A stretch of 64,000 nt of DNA from the NCBI GenBank assembly GCA_020725385.1, contig DYFC01000006.1:3737-67736 (forward strand), in the 5' to 3' direction. Below, piece by piece: positions 1-9,498 of this stretch. Under the pieces are notes generated by a model. The model saw only the letters and a list, made by a program, of their open reading frames with translations, was not told where the DNA came from and searched no databases. A program made the position numbers and the translations under genes. Within the stretch, counting starts at the first letter, position 1. Every line of letters begins with the position of its first letter. This DNA comes from Nitrospira japonica. Its GTDB lineage: Bacteria > Nitrospirota > Thermodesulfovibrionia > Thermodesulfovibrionales > SM23-35.

Positions 1-991
1 TAATCTGGCCTAAGAAAATGCCGGTAACAGAACCTATTATTCCAAGAATTAGACCATGAAATGTAAAGAGCATAATAATAGTTTTTTTGTCTGCTCCAAG
101 ACCTCTTAGTATCCCTATTTCAGTTCGCTTTTTTACGACTGAAATAAAAACTGTGTTATAAAGCATGAATATACCAACCAGAATAGCTATCAGACTCACA
201 AATTGAAGATTGTATCTGAAGGAACCGATCATGGCTTTCTGGTTTTTAAAAATATTTTCTTTTTTATCAATTTTCAGATTTGAAGGTAGTGCAGATTTAA
301 TTATGCTTGCATTGCGTTCATCAGTAGAAATATCAATTTTTGATAAGACCCCTATCTTTCCAAAATATTCCTGGAAATTTCCAATATCCATAATAATTGT
401 ATTTGAAACGAGAATATCAGAATCAATGATATTCACAACCTTTAAAGGGTATTCTCTGTCATAGACTATAGCTCTAAAAATATCTCCTTTTTTTATTGAA
501 TGTTTATTAGCGAATTTTTTTGTTACAAGCACAGCATTTGTTTGCCTGTAAAAATCATCGAAATTATATCTTTCAAGAAATCCCCAATCCGGGTTATGGG
601 AATTTGAGGAAAGAGTTTCAGATGGAAGCAGTTTTAAAAACTGCGTTGCCTTTACAGTGAAAATCCCGTTTATTTCAACAGAGTCTTTTAATTCAGGCAA
701 ATAAGCAAAGGTTTGCAACAAAGGGAAACAGCTTTCTTCAATTTCGCGTATTTTTTTGTAGACATTCTCATCAAAATCAACACCTGATATATCTACAATC
801 TCATAATTTACAAAAGATATAATTCCTTTAATATTGGATTCAAAAGAATAAATAGCTCTATCGGATGCAACTTTGACACCAGTAAAAAGTGCTATTCCGA
901 GAGCAATTCCTAATATTGATAAGAACGTAAGAAATTTATTTTCACAGATATTTCTAAAGACAAGAATTCTTAAAAGCTTGAAGAAATTCAC
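1..991 (-). CDS. ABC transporter permease, FtsX/MacB-LolC-like (3' end runs off the window)
   Basis: Not in the ORF track. Hand translation of the minus strand from GTG at 991 (GTGA overlap with the stop of the upstream ATPase) stays open to position 2. It starts [32 protein letters not shown] and ends VVKRRTEIGILRGLGADKKTIIMLFTFHGLILGIIGSVTGIFLGQI, a typical FtsX-domain pattern. Confidence 0.8.
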   Translation of the reverse strand, partial: MNFFKLLRILVFRNICENKFLTFLSILGIALGIALFTGVKVASDRAIYSFESNIKGIISFVNYEIVDISGVDFDENVYKKIREIEESCFPLLQTFAYLPELKDSVEINGIFTVKATQFLKLLPSETLSSNSHNPDWGFLERYNFDDFYRQTNAVLVTKKFANKHSIKKGDIFRAIVYDREYPLKVVNIIDSDILVSNTIIMDIGNFQEYFGKIGVLSKIDISTDERNASIIKSALPSNLKIDKKENIFKNQKAMIGSFRYNLQFVSLIAILVGIFMLYNTVFISVVKKRTEIGILRGLGADKKTIIMLFTFHGLILGIIGSVTGIFLGQI

Positions 992-1632
992 TTATAAACA
1001 ACCCCGTCTTTTATGGTTATAATCCTGTCTGCATACTGAGCTATATAGTTTTCATGTGTAACAATGATGACTGTCTTTTGAAACTCTTTAATGAGTCTGC
1101 ATATAAGTTCCATAATCAATTTTCCTGTTTCACTATCAAGACTGCCTGTTGGTTCATCAGCAAGAATAATTTCTGGTGAATGTACAAGTGCTCTTGCGAT
1201 TGCTACTCTTTGTTGTTCACCTCCTGATAATTGAAACGGGAAAGAGCTTTCCTTATCTTCAAGCCCTACAAGATTTATGAGATATTTGACTTTTTCTTCA
1301 TCCATTGCATTATTAAGAATAAGCGGCATCGAGATATTTTCAAATACACTTATATTTGGTAATAGATTAAAAAACTGAAATATAAAGCCAATTTTCCTTC
1401 TTCTATACAAAGTTAATTCATCGTCAGAATATAAAGATATATCTTCATCATTAACAATAATCTTCCCCTTTTCAGCCTTATCCATTCCACCTATGATATT
1501 TAATAAAGTTGACTTTCCGGAACCCGATCTTCCAACAATAGATATAAACTCACCTTTATTAACTTCAAGTGAAATATCTTTCAGAACATGAAAATTACCG
1601 TAATATTTATCCACATGTTTGAGCTTTATCAA
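988..1632 (-). CDS. ABC transporter ATP-binding protein (MacB/LolD-like)
   Basis: Walker [10 protein letters not shown], signature LSGGEQQR, Walker [10 protein letters not shown]. Translationally coupled to the permease. Confidence 0.9.
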   Translation of the reverse strand: MIKLKHVDKYYGNFHVLKDISLEVNKGEFISIVGRSGSGKSTLLNIIGGMDKAEKGKIIVNDEDISLYSDDELTLYRRRKIGFIFQFFNLLPNISVFENISMPLILNNAMDEEKVKYLINLVGLEDKESSFPFQLSGGEQQRVAIARALVHSPEIILADEPTGSLDSETGKLIMELICRLIKEFQKTVIIVTHENYIAQYADRIITIKDGVVYK

Positions 1633-1665
1633 GTTAACTCCTTCTATTTTAGATATTACTGTTAG

Positions 1666-2727
1666 TTAATAACCTGTCATTTCAACATATGCTCTGCCAT
1701 TTGAAGAGCCTTCCACCTTACATGTGCCCTCCCAGTAATAATTGCCTGTAGTTTTATATGCAAGCACTTCCTGGTCTTTAACCAATGGTTTAATTCTTAT
1801 ATTAACTTCCTCGGAAGGAATCTTGATTTCCCACTCTATTGGATATTTTGCTTTAGTTTTTTTAGAAACATAGAATGACTTTGCAATTACAGTAAATTCT
1901 TTATTAGACAAATTTCTATATCTGCCATCAGCATATACAAAAGTTCCTGAAGAATGTATGTCAATTGAACCATCTCTTTTTCTTAGGATGTATAACATTA
2001 TCTCTCTTTCATCATCAAATTTTATGGAAAACCAATCCCATCCTGAATGTTTTGTCCCCATAAGGTTTGAAAGAATTTCTCTATCAAACCAGCTTTTGCC
2101 TGTAACTTTGAATTTATTATTTCCTATTTTCAGAGTCCCATGTGTATAGAGATTAGTGTATGAAAAATAGTAAGAAGCAATAAAAGATGACTCTTCCGAT
2201 TTTCTGAAATACCCGTTTTCTCCATGAAGTACAATAGGTTTTAAAGGATTTAAAAACAATTCTATAGCTTTTTCTCTATCATAAGCTTTAATATAAAAGC
2301 CATTGATAACACTATATTTCAAATTGTTTTCATCGATCCGCAAATTAAGTTCATTTTCATTTAATTCTGCAAATCCAAAAGCACCTGAATCAGATTTTTC
2401 ACTAAAATGAAACTTTTCATTCAAAACATCTGTTATGCCAAAATGTGAAATGTAAATCCTGTTTACTCCGAACTTAGATTTAAATTTCTTTTTCTGCACA
2501 TTTACCACAAAAAATGTAAGTTCATATCCGAATTCCCTGCCCTCTTCATCATAAAGATGCCCTGTAAAATACCACCACTGGATTCGAAAGTCTTTCTTAA
2601 AATTTAAATCTTCAGGAAATTTTAACTGATAATCTTTTTTAGGAGATGAGAATTCTTCTGGCAAAGAAATAGAAGTAATTGATAGGAGTACAATTATTAA
2701 TAACAAAAACAAAATATTACTTTTCAT
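1666..2727 (-). CDS. AttH/CrtC-like lipocalin-fold secreted protein (ABC-transporter associated)
   Basis: N-terminal signal peptide. The WWYFTGHL motif and overall length are typical of the AttH / hydroxyneurosporene-synthase-like family. First gene of an attEFGH-like arrangement. Confidence 0.65.
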   Translation of the reverse strand: MKSNILFLLLIIVLLSITSISLPEEFSSPKKDYQLKFPEDLNFKKDFRIQWWYFTGHLYDEEGREFGYELTFFVVNVQKKKFKSKFGVNRIYISHFGITDVLNEKFHFSEKSDSGAFGFAELNENELNLRIDENNLKYSVINGFYIKAYDREKAIELFLNPLKPIVLHGENGYFRKSEESSFIASYYFSYTNLYTHGTLKIGNNKFKVTGKSWFDREILSNLMGTKHSGWDWFSIKFDDEREIMLYILRKRDGSIDIHSSGTFVYADGRYRNLSNKEFTVIAKSFYVSKKTKAKYPIEWEIKIPSEEVNIRIKPLVKDQEVLAYKTTGNYYWEGTCKVEGSSNGRAYVEMTGY

Positions 2728-2764
2728 ATATATAGATTACCATTGCAGCTTTATATTTATCCTC

Positions 2765-3610
2765 ATGAGATGTATAATTTTAATTAGATTTGACATGGAA
2801 ATTAAATTATTAAAAGAAATAGGCCAAAGACTTTTTGAAAAAATTCATTCTCTATCAAATAAGACCAGAGAACCTCTTGGCAGAGGAGCTTCAGGAGATA
2901 TAACTTATCAGATAGATAAACTTGCAGAAGAAATTATTATTTCAGCTCTTGAATCAACCGGTGAACCTTTAACCATTATCTCCGAAGAAATTGGGATTAG
3001 AAAAATTAAAGGTGGAGGGAAAAATGTTTTGATTGACCCTATTGATGGTAGTAGAAATGCAGTTTCAGGGATACCTTTTTATTGTTCTTCGATTGCCATA
3101 GCGGATGGGGACAGGATAGGTGACATTGAACTTGCATATATTATAAATCTCATTAATGGTGATGAATTCTATGCTAAAAAAGACAATGGAGCATTTATGA
3201 ACAATAATATGATTAAATCCCAGGCAGATGATAGTTTTCGGACAATAGCTTATGAAGCACAGTTGCCATCAAGGGATTTAAAGACTATTTTGCCTTTACT
3301 CTCGGCAGCAAGAAAAGTTCGTTGCTTTGGTTCAACAGCTCTTGATCTTGCATACCTTGCAGCAGGATCTTTGAGTGTTTTTGTTAATCCCTCTCCCTCA
3401 AGATGTATTGATTTTGCAGGTGGATGGCTTATTGTTAAGGAATCTGGCGGAGTCTTTACAGACATACAAGGTAATTCAATAGAAAATATCAGTGTAGGTA
3501 TCGAAAAATCAACTCCCCTTCTGGTATCTGGTAATTTATTGCTGCACAGAAAAGCACTCAAACTAATTAAAAATCAATTACAGGGGACCTCGCAAGATAT
3601 TTTAATGTAA
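2765..3610 (+). CDS. Inositol monophosphatase / FBPase family protein
   Basis: IISEE and DPIDGSRN metal-binding motifs; C-terminal CIDFAGG in place of WDxAAG. The true start may be the ATG at 2795 (MEIKLLKEIG). Confidence 0.8.
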   Translation: MRCIILIRFDMEIKLLKEIGQRLFEKIHSLSNKTREPLGRGASGDITYQIDKLAEEIIISALESTGEPLTIISEEIGIRKIKGGGKNVLIDPIDGSRNAVSGIPFYCSSIAIADGDRIGDIELAYIINLINGDEFYAKKDNGAFMNNNMIKSQADDSFRTIAYEAQLPSRDLKTILPLLSAARKVRCFGSTALDLAYLAAGSLSVFVNPSPSRCIDFAGGWLIVKESGGVFTDIQGNSIENISVGIEKSTPLLVSGNLLLHRKALKLIKNQLQGTSQDILM

Positions 3611-3694
3611 GAATTTAGTTTCTTTATATTTTTTATTTGTTTGCTTTTAGATAATATCAAAAGTTAAATAAAAAGAAAAATAAAGGGGGAAAAT

Positions 3695-4510
3695 ATGGAT
3701 AATTCTTTGGCAAGAAACAGTAATCTATTACTGTATTTTTTTAATTCTTTAGGGAAAAAGATAATAAAGATAATAAACGAACTTGGTGCTATAGTCATTT
3801 TTTTTATACTTGCTTTTCTGAAGATCTTCAGGCGCAAGCAAATTCATGAGATTATTCAGCAAATTTATTATATTGGTGCAAAGTCAGCGAATATTGTTAT
3901 GCTCGTTGGCCTTTTTACCGGTATGGTTTTAGGTCTGCAACTTTATTATACTTTGACGAAAGTAGGTTCATCCGGATTCCTTGGTTCTGTTGTTGCGCTT
4001 ACACTTATAAGAGAATTAGGACCTGTTCTTACCGCTATAATGATAACAGCGCGTGCAGGCTCTGCAATGACAGCCGAGATTGGCAATCTTCGCATTTCCG
4101 AGCAGATAGACGCTCTTTATACTATGAGAATAGACCCGCAACGTTATCTTGTCAGCCCATGCATTGCAGCTTCGATCATTAGCTTTCCCTTGCTCACTGC
4201 TTTATTTGACCTTATTGGCATTCTCGGCGGATACATCACCGGTGTTGTCCTTCTCGGTGTAGATAAAGGCGCATACTTCTATCGCATTCAGGCACACGTA
4301 GACATAATTGATATCAGGGGCGGGTTTATAAAATCAATTGTCTTTGCTTTGCTTGTCTCTACAATATGTTGCTATAACGGATACTTTACTCATTTGCGGA
4401 CCGACAGTTACGGTGCGCGTAGCGTCAGCTTATCTACTACTTCGGCAGTTGTATTATCCTGTGTAACAATACTAATCTCAGACTATGTTGTTACATCTTT
4501 TCTTATGTAG
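3695..4510 (+). CDS. mlaE: MlaE-family ABC permease (lipid asymmetry maintenance)
   Basis: Polytopic membrane protein with the MlaE signature IRELGPVLTAIMITARAGSAMTAEIGNLRISEQIDAL. Confidence 0.85.
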   Translation: MDNSLARNSNLLLYFFNSLGKKIIKIINELGAIVIFFILAFLKIFRRKQIHEIIQQIYYIGAKSANIVMLVGLFTGMVLGLQLYYTLTKVGSSGFLGSVVALTLIRELGPVLTAIMITARAGSAMTAEIGNLRISEQIDALYTMRIDPQRYLVSPCIAASIISFPLLTALFDLIGILGGYITGVVLLGVDKGAYFYRIQAHVDIIDIRGGFIKSIVFALLVSTICCYNGYFTHLRTDSYGARSVSLSTTSAVVLSCVTILISDYVVTSFLM

Positions 4511-4518
4511 GCATTCAT

Positions 4519-5745
4519 ATGGAAACACCTTTAATAGAATTCAAAGGTATAACCAAACGATTTTCAGGAAAAACGGTTCTTGACAGGATTGATCTGTCTA
4601 TTTATGAAAACCAGATTACAACAATTATAGGCAAAAGCGGAAGTGGCAAGAGTGTTCTAATTAAACATATCATAGGACTCCTTTCCCCTGATGAAGGAAG
4701 TATTCTTTTCAGAGGGAAACCGGTCGATAAGATGAAGAAAAAAGAATGGGAAGAATATAGGAGCAGAATTAGCTATATGTTCCAGAATAATGCCCTTTTC
4801 GATTCTATGACCGTGTTTGAGAATATAGCTTTGCCTTTAAAACAAACAACCAATCTTAAAAAGAAAGAAATTGAAAAGAAGGTAATGTCACGCATTGAAC
4901 AGATGGAACTTTTGGATGCTGCAAACAAATATCCTGCCGAACTTTCAGGTGGCATGCAAAAACGAGTAGCTATGGCAAGAGCTCTCGTAACAGACCCTGC
5001 AATCGTTCTGTTTGATGAACCCACAACCAGTCAGGACCCTATAAGGAGAAATATAATTCTAAGCATGATAGCCCATTACAGAAAAAAATTCGGGTTTACC
5101 GCTATACTTATTAGCCATGATATACCAGATGTCTTTTTTATTTCCGACCGCATACTTCTATTATGGGACGGGAAGATTGCTTTTAATGGCTCATACGAAG
5201 AGTTTTATAGACTCAAGCATCCAATGATAGATGAATTTCTATTGAGCATCGAAGGACTTAAGGATGAACTCACCGGACTGCTTTCAAAAAGAATGTTTAG
5301 ATCACGCTATGACATCCTCACGGATCAAAGGAATATTGGCAATATAATTACAGCAGTACTTTTTAGTATTGAATTTAAGATGCCAGACGAAATAAATGGC
5401 TCGCTGATTTCTACAGAAATCCTAAAAGCACTCGGAGAATATGTAAATACATACTTTGGACCATTAGGGGGGTTCTCGGCACGTCATAGCAGTAGAAAGA
5501 TACTCACTGTTTTACCATATTTAAAACCCGAGGAGGTGGAAAAATCGGTTCATGATTTTGCATTAGAACTTCAGCAAAAAACTCTTACCGGAAGTGCAGC
5601 AGATGTTAGGGAATGCTTTGAAATAGAAGTAACTGCTGGCATAACCGAAGCCGGACCATCCGATGATATTGAGAACATAATCGAAAAGGCCGAGAAAAAC
5701 AAAAAAATAATTGCGTTATACAAGTGTGGCAAGGAGGACAGTTAG
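4519..5745 (+). CDS. mlaF: MlaF-like ABC ATPase with a ~150-aa C-terminal degenerate GGDEF-like domain
   Basis: Walker A GKSGSGKS, LSGGMQKR, Walker B VLFDEPTT. After ~250 aa, DELTGLLSKRMF ... AVLFSIEFKMPDEING ... ARHSSRKILTVLP mirrors DxLTGLxNRRxF ... DIDxFKxxND ... RxGGDEFxxLLP. Confidence 0.8.
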   Translation: METPLIEFKGITKRFSGKTVLDRIDLSIYENQITTIIGKSGSGKSVLIKHIIGLLSPDEGSILFRGKPVDKMKKKEWEEYRSRISYMFQNNALFDSMTVFENIALPLKQTTNLKKKEIEKKVMSRIEQMELLDAANKYPAELSGGMQKRVAMARALVTDPAIVLFDEPTTSQDPIRRNIILSMIAHYRKKFGFTAILISHDIPDVFFISDRILLLWDGKIAFNGSYEEFYRLKHPMIDEFLLSIEGLKDELTGLLSKRMFRSRYDILTDQRNIGNIITAVLFSIEFKMPDEINGSLISTEILKALGEYVNTYFGPLGGFSARHSSRKILTVLPYLKPEEVEKSVHDFALELQQKTLTGSAADVRECFEIEVTAGITEAGPSDDIENIIEKAEKNKKIIALYKCGKEDS

Positions 5746-5747
5746 AA

Positions 5748-6209
5748 ATGAAAAAATACTCGATGGAAACAATAGTAGGAATATTTGTAGTTATAGGAAT
5801 TTTTTGTGTAGGATATATGACTATAAAATTGGGGAAAATATCATTATTCGGAGATGATTACTACACTCTTTATGCACGTTTCGGTTCGGTATCAGGATTA
5901 AAAACCGACAGCCCGATAGAAGTTTTTGGCATACAGGTTGGTCGCGTAGAACGATTAGTTATAGATAAAGAAAAACAAACTGCTCTTGCAGAATTAAGGA
6001 TAAGAAAAGACATTACTATTTATGATGATGCACGTGCCACTATCAAGACTTCCGGTCTTATTGGTGACAAGTTCGTCAATATCGACCCCGGAGGAGGAGG
6101 CGAAATCCTTAAATCCGGAGGCACCATAACCGAAACCGGTTCGCCCATTGATATAGAGGATCTCATAAGTAAATACGTTTTTGGAGATATAACAAAGACT
6201 GGCAAATAG
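5748..6209 (+). CDS. mlaD: MlaD (MCE-domain) substrate-binding component
   Basis: One N-terminal TM helix plus an MCE domain. The ATG at 5748 lies 10 nt after an AAGGAGG Shine-Dalgarno. The ORF-track start at 5724 is a GTG inside mlaF. Confidence 0.8.
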   Translation: MKKYSMETIVGIFVVIGIFCVGYMTIKLGKISLFGDDYYTLYARFGSVSGLKTDSPIEVFGIQVGRVERLVIDKEKQTALAELRIRKDITIYDDARATIKTSGLIGDKFVNIDPGGGGEILKSGGTITETGSPIDIEDLISKYVFGDITKTGK

Positions 6210-6229
6210 AAATGTATCTATTTTTCGGT

Positions 6230-8044
6230 TCAAGCAACTTTTTTAAGAGGTTTTAAAGGAACGATAATTGTTGCTTTTGTACCGAATCCCGGTTTTGAAT
6301 CAAATTTAAAATGACCGCCAAGATATTTAATTCGCTCATGTATCGTAAATAATCCGAAACCTTCTTTCTTATTTGTATAAGGATTTATTTTAACTGTATC
6401 AACACCAATTCCATCATCCTCAACCTGTATCTGCATATTTTTATAGTCACGATTTATAGAAATTTTCACATTTTTCGCTTTTGCATGTCGGGCGACATTT
6501 ATCATCAATTCCCTTACAGCCTGATAAAGAAGTATTCTTGTTTCATCATTTATTGGTTTTGGTCTTAAATCATCCTCAAACCTGAAAATAAGTCCGAGTT
6601 GTTTCTGGAATTGATACCCCAACCATTTTAGTGCTGGCTCAAGACCTTCTTCATATAATATAGGCGTGCCCAGCTGAAACGTAAGTGATTTTGTATATTC
6701 CATTGTCTGGTTTATTAGGTCAATCAATTCATCGGTGAGTTCTTTTGATTTGTCATATGATTTAGATTCCCTTAGTGTTTCAAGTTTATTTTTACAATAA
6801 AAGAGAGTTTGTCCTATATAATCATGCAATTCAGAAGCAATACATCTTCTCTGCCTTTCTTCTACAAGGGATAATTCAGATGACAATGTTCTTAATTGTT
6901 CCTGATAAGATATCAATTCTTTTTCAGCTATTTTTCTGGCAGTAATATCAGTAAATACACCGAAACTCCCGTTAAAATTTTTATTTTCATCAAAAATAGG
7001 TCTTGGAGAAACCAGTGTGTAAAGCTTTTTTTCGTTTTTCCCTGTTATTGTAATTTCATAAGGAGAGGAATCACCCTGCATTCTTGAAGACCAGTGTTTT
7101 TGAAATATTTTCTGATTTTCTTTGTCAAAAAGTACCATAATCTGATAGCCGATAAGTTCTTCTTTAGAATAACCTGTCATCTTACAGAATTGTTCATTTA
7201 CAAAGGTGATTATGCTATTTTTATCTATCATTGCAAGACCTTCGCTCATTGTTTCAATAAGGGTGCGATGATGTTCCTCACTTTGCCGAAGTGCGTCTTC
7301 AGCACGTTTTCTATCCAATATTTCCTGCTGAAGCTTCTCGTTTGCGAGAGTAAGTTCCATTGTACGTTCTTTTACCCGTTGTTCCAATTCATCATGTGCT
7401 AATTGCAAAGCATTCTCTACTTTTTTTCTCTTTGTAATTTCTTTATAGATATTTTCAATAGTTTCGTTGGTAACACGTTTAAGAGATTCAAGTAATTCAA
7501 CTTTTGAAGTCCCTTTTACCCTTGCATTGAGATTACCTGTCGAAACTTTGTGAAGCACATCAAAATGTTCGGCAAGACCTATAGCTATTTCATGGGATTG
7601 ATCAACTATTTCTCCTATTTCTGAAGCTGTAAGATTTATGAGTTTCTTCAGTTTTCTTATAAGCTCAATATTTGAGTACTCGGATATTCTTACAGTCGGA
7701 TCCCCTGATGAGATTTTCTTTAATGCTTCAAAAACTTCAGACATACTCAAGGCGAGTTCCATACTCATCGATTCAAGTTCCTTATCCCGCTCAACAATCA
7801 TTCTTGAGAACTCTTTAAATTGCTTGTTTACAACTTTAATAGTTGCTTTCATAGCATTTATATCTTTATTTGCTTTTAACATCTCGCAATCAAGACACAT
7901 TTCTATTTTCTCAAGAAATTTACCTTGAATTGAATCCCTGCATTGTGTTCCCGAAAACAGCCAGCATTTATAGTCATCCGATTCATAGGCAGGGCATTGA
8001 ATTTTATTGCACTTAAATACTTCCCAGCATTTCAAGGGTTTCAT
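6230..8044 (-). CDS. Cytoplasmic sensor histidine kinase: Cys-rich two-CW N-domain, coiled-coil/HAMP-like, PAS, HisKA_3, HATPase
   Basis: N-terminus KCWEVFKCNKIQCPAYESDDYKCWLFSGTQCRD...CLDCE; no TM segment. PAS region (MIDKNSIITFVNEQFCKMTGYSKEELIG). H-box SELHDYIGQTL (NarX/DegS type). N/G boxes NVARHAKA, DDGIGV, GFGL. Confidence 0.85.
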   Translation of the reverse strand: MKPLKCWEVFKCNKIQCPAYESDDYKCWLFSGTQCRDSIQGKFLEKIEMCLDCEMLKANKDINAMKATIKVVNKQFKEFSRMIVERDKELESMSMELALSMSEVFEALKKISSGDPTVRISEYSNIELIRKLKKLINLTASEIGEIVDQSHEIAIGLAEHFDVLHKVSTGNLNARVKGTSKVELLESLKRVTNETIENIYKEITKRKKVENALQLAHDELEQRVKERTMELTLANEKLQQEILDRKRAEDALRQSEEHHRTLIETMSEGLAMIDKNSIITFVNEQFCKMTGYSKEELIGYQIMVLFDKENQKIFQKHWSSRMQGDSSPYEITITGKNEKKLYTLVSPRPIFDENKNFNGSFGVFTDITARKIAEKELISYQEQLRTLSSELSLVEERQRRCIASELHDYIGQTLFYCKNKLETLRESKSYDKSKELTDELIDLINQTMEYTKSLTFQLGTPILYEEGLEPALKWLGYQFQKQLGLIFRFEDDLRPKPINDETRILLYQAVRELMINVARHAKAKNVKISINRDYKNMQIQVEDDGIGVDTVKINPYTNKKEGFGLFTIHERIKYLGGHFKFDSKPGFGTKATIIVPLKPLKKVA

Positions 8045-8154
8045 TATTAAAATTACCGAACCTTTCCAGGAACTCCCTGTTTAAGATGCTACTATTTTTT
8101 AATTTTATAATATTTCCGTATATTTCTAAAGACGCCCAAAATACATTATTCGTG

Positions 8155-9498
8155 TTAAGGTATCTGTATATTAAATCCTTTTATTTTGCGATGAAGGTTG
8201 CTTCGCTCTACTTCCAGAACTTCGGCGGTCTTTGATATATTCCAGTTGTTTTCTTGAAGCTTTCTAATAATAAAATCCCTCTCAAAAGCTTCTTTTGCTT
8301 CTCTTAAAGTATTAAAAGAAAAACAATCCGAATGTGTGTTTTGATTTAAGAAAATATTTTTAGGTGTAATAATTTCAGAAGGAGTCATGATTACAAGTCT
8401 CTCGATTACATTTCTTAGTTCTCTAATATTTCCCGGCCAGTCATATACAGAAAGCAATCTCAATCCATCATCTGTAATTTTTTTTGGTTTTTGTCCGTAT
8501 TCATCTGCGAAATATTTAAGGAAATGTTCAACAAGTTCAGGGATATCTTCCTTCCTTTCCCTTAACGGAGGAATAATAATAGGTATTACATTTAATCTGA
8601 ACAAAAGATCTTCTCTAAAATTTCCTTTTTTTACTTCTTCAAAAAGATCCTTGTTTGTAGCAGATATAATTCTAACATCGACCTTTATATTTTTACTTCC
8701 ACCAACTCTCTGGAATTCCTGAGTTTCGATAATACGCAGTACTTTGGACTGGGTTGATAATGACATATCACCAACTTCATCAAGAAATAGTGTTCCTTCA
8801 TCGGCAAGCTCAAATTTCCCTTTTTTACGTTCAAATGCTCCGGTAAAAGAACCTTTCTCATGTCCGAATAGCTCGCTTTCTATAAGTTCCTGAGGAATTG
8901 CTGCACAATTCATTTCGATAAAGGGCTTATCGACTCTTGGGCTATTTTCATGCAGAAGGTGTGCAACAAGCTCCTTACCAGAACCGCTTTCCCCGAGTAT
9001 TAATACTCTACTGTTACTTATAGCTGCCATATTAATTTGTTCTTTTAAGTTCTGGATTTTTGTTGAACTACCAACAAGTTTCCATTTTCTTGTGATGTCT
9101 TCTTTTAAAGCTCTGTTTTCAAGCTCCAATGTCCTTTTTTCAAGAGCCAATTTTGTTACCAGAAGAACTCTTTCGAGTGAAAGTGGTTTTTCGAGAAAAT
9201 CATAGGCGCCAGAGCGTGTAGCTTTTACAGCAAGTTCAATATTTGCATGACCCGATATCATTACAACCGGCATAGTTGGATTTATGGATTTTATTTCTTT
9301 CATGGTTTCTATGCCATCGATTCCGGATAGCCATACATCAAGAAAAACAATATCAGGCGAATTTTCCTTCATTATTTTAAGGGCTTCTTCTCCTGATGAT
9401 GCTGTAATTACATCATAACCTTCATCTTTGAATATATCCGAGAGTGTTTCCCTTATTCCTTCTTCATCATCTACTATTAGTACGAGTTTATCTATCAT
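8155..9498 (-). CDS. Sigma-54-dependent response regulator (NtrC/NtrX-like)
   Basis: Receiver (LIVDDE...DVWLSGIDG), AAA+ Walker A GESGSGKE, GSFTGA sigma-54 contact loop, C-terminal Fis-type HTH. Confidence 0.9.
   Translation of the reverse strand: MIDKLVLIVDDEEGIRETLSDIFKDEGYDVITASSGEEALKIMKENSPDIVFLDVWLSGIDGIETMKEIKSINPTMPVVMISGHANIELAVKATRSGAYDFLEKPLSLERVLLVTKLALEKRTLELENRALKEDITRKWKLVGSSTKIQNLKEQINMAAISNSRVLILGESGSGKELVAHLLHENSPRVDKPFIEMNCAAIPQELIESELFGHEKGSFTGAFERKKGKFELADEGTLFLDEVGDMSLSTQSKVLRIIETQEFQRVGGSKNIKVDVRIISATNKDLFEEVKKGNFREDLLFRLNVIPIIIPPLRERKEDIPELVEHFLKYFADEYGQKPKKITDDGLRLLSVYDWPGNIRELRNVIERLVIMTPSEIITPKNIFLNQNTHSDCFSFNTLREAKEAFERDFIIRKLQENNWNISKTAEVLEVERSNLHRKIKGFNIQIP

Noticed and set aside
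210-464. 84-aa plus-strand ORF at the left edge
   Set aside because: It lies antisense inside the hand-translated FtsX permease gene, and its low-complexity sequence (F/I/S-rich) is typical of AT-rich antisense frames.
6896-7928. Three plus-strand ORFs (63, 102, 96 aa)
   Set aside because: All are antisense to the well-supported histidine kinase gene. They have no SD and a F/L/I/S-rich composition.
8053-8070. Sigma-54-like CTGGAAAGGTTCGGTAA (minus strand) upstream of the two-CW kinase gene
   Set aside because: The GG is present, but the -12 position reads GT/TA rather than GC at the required spacing.
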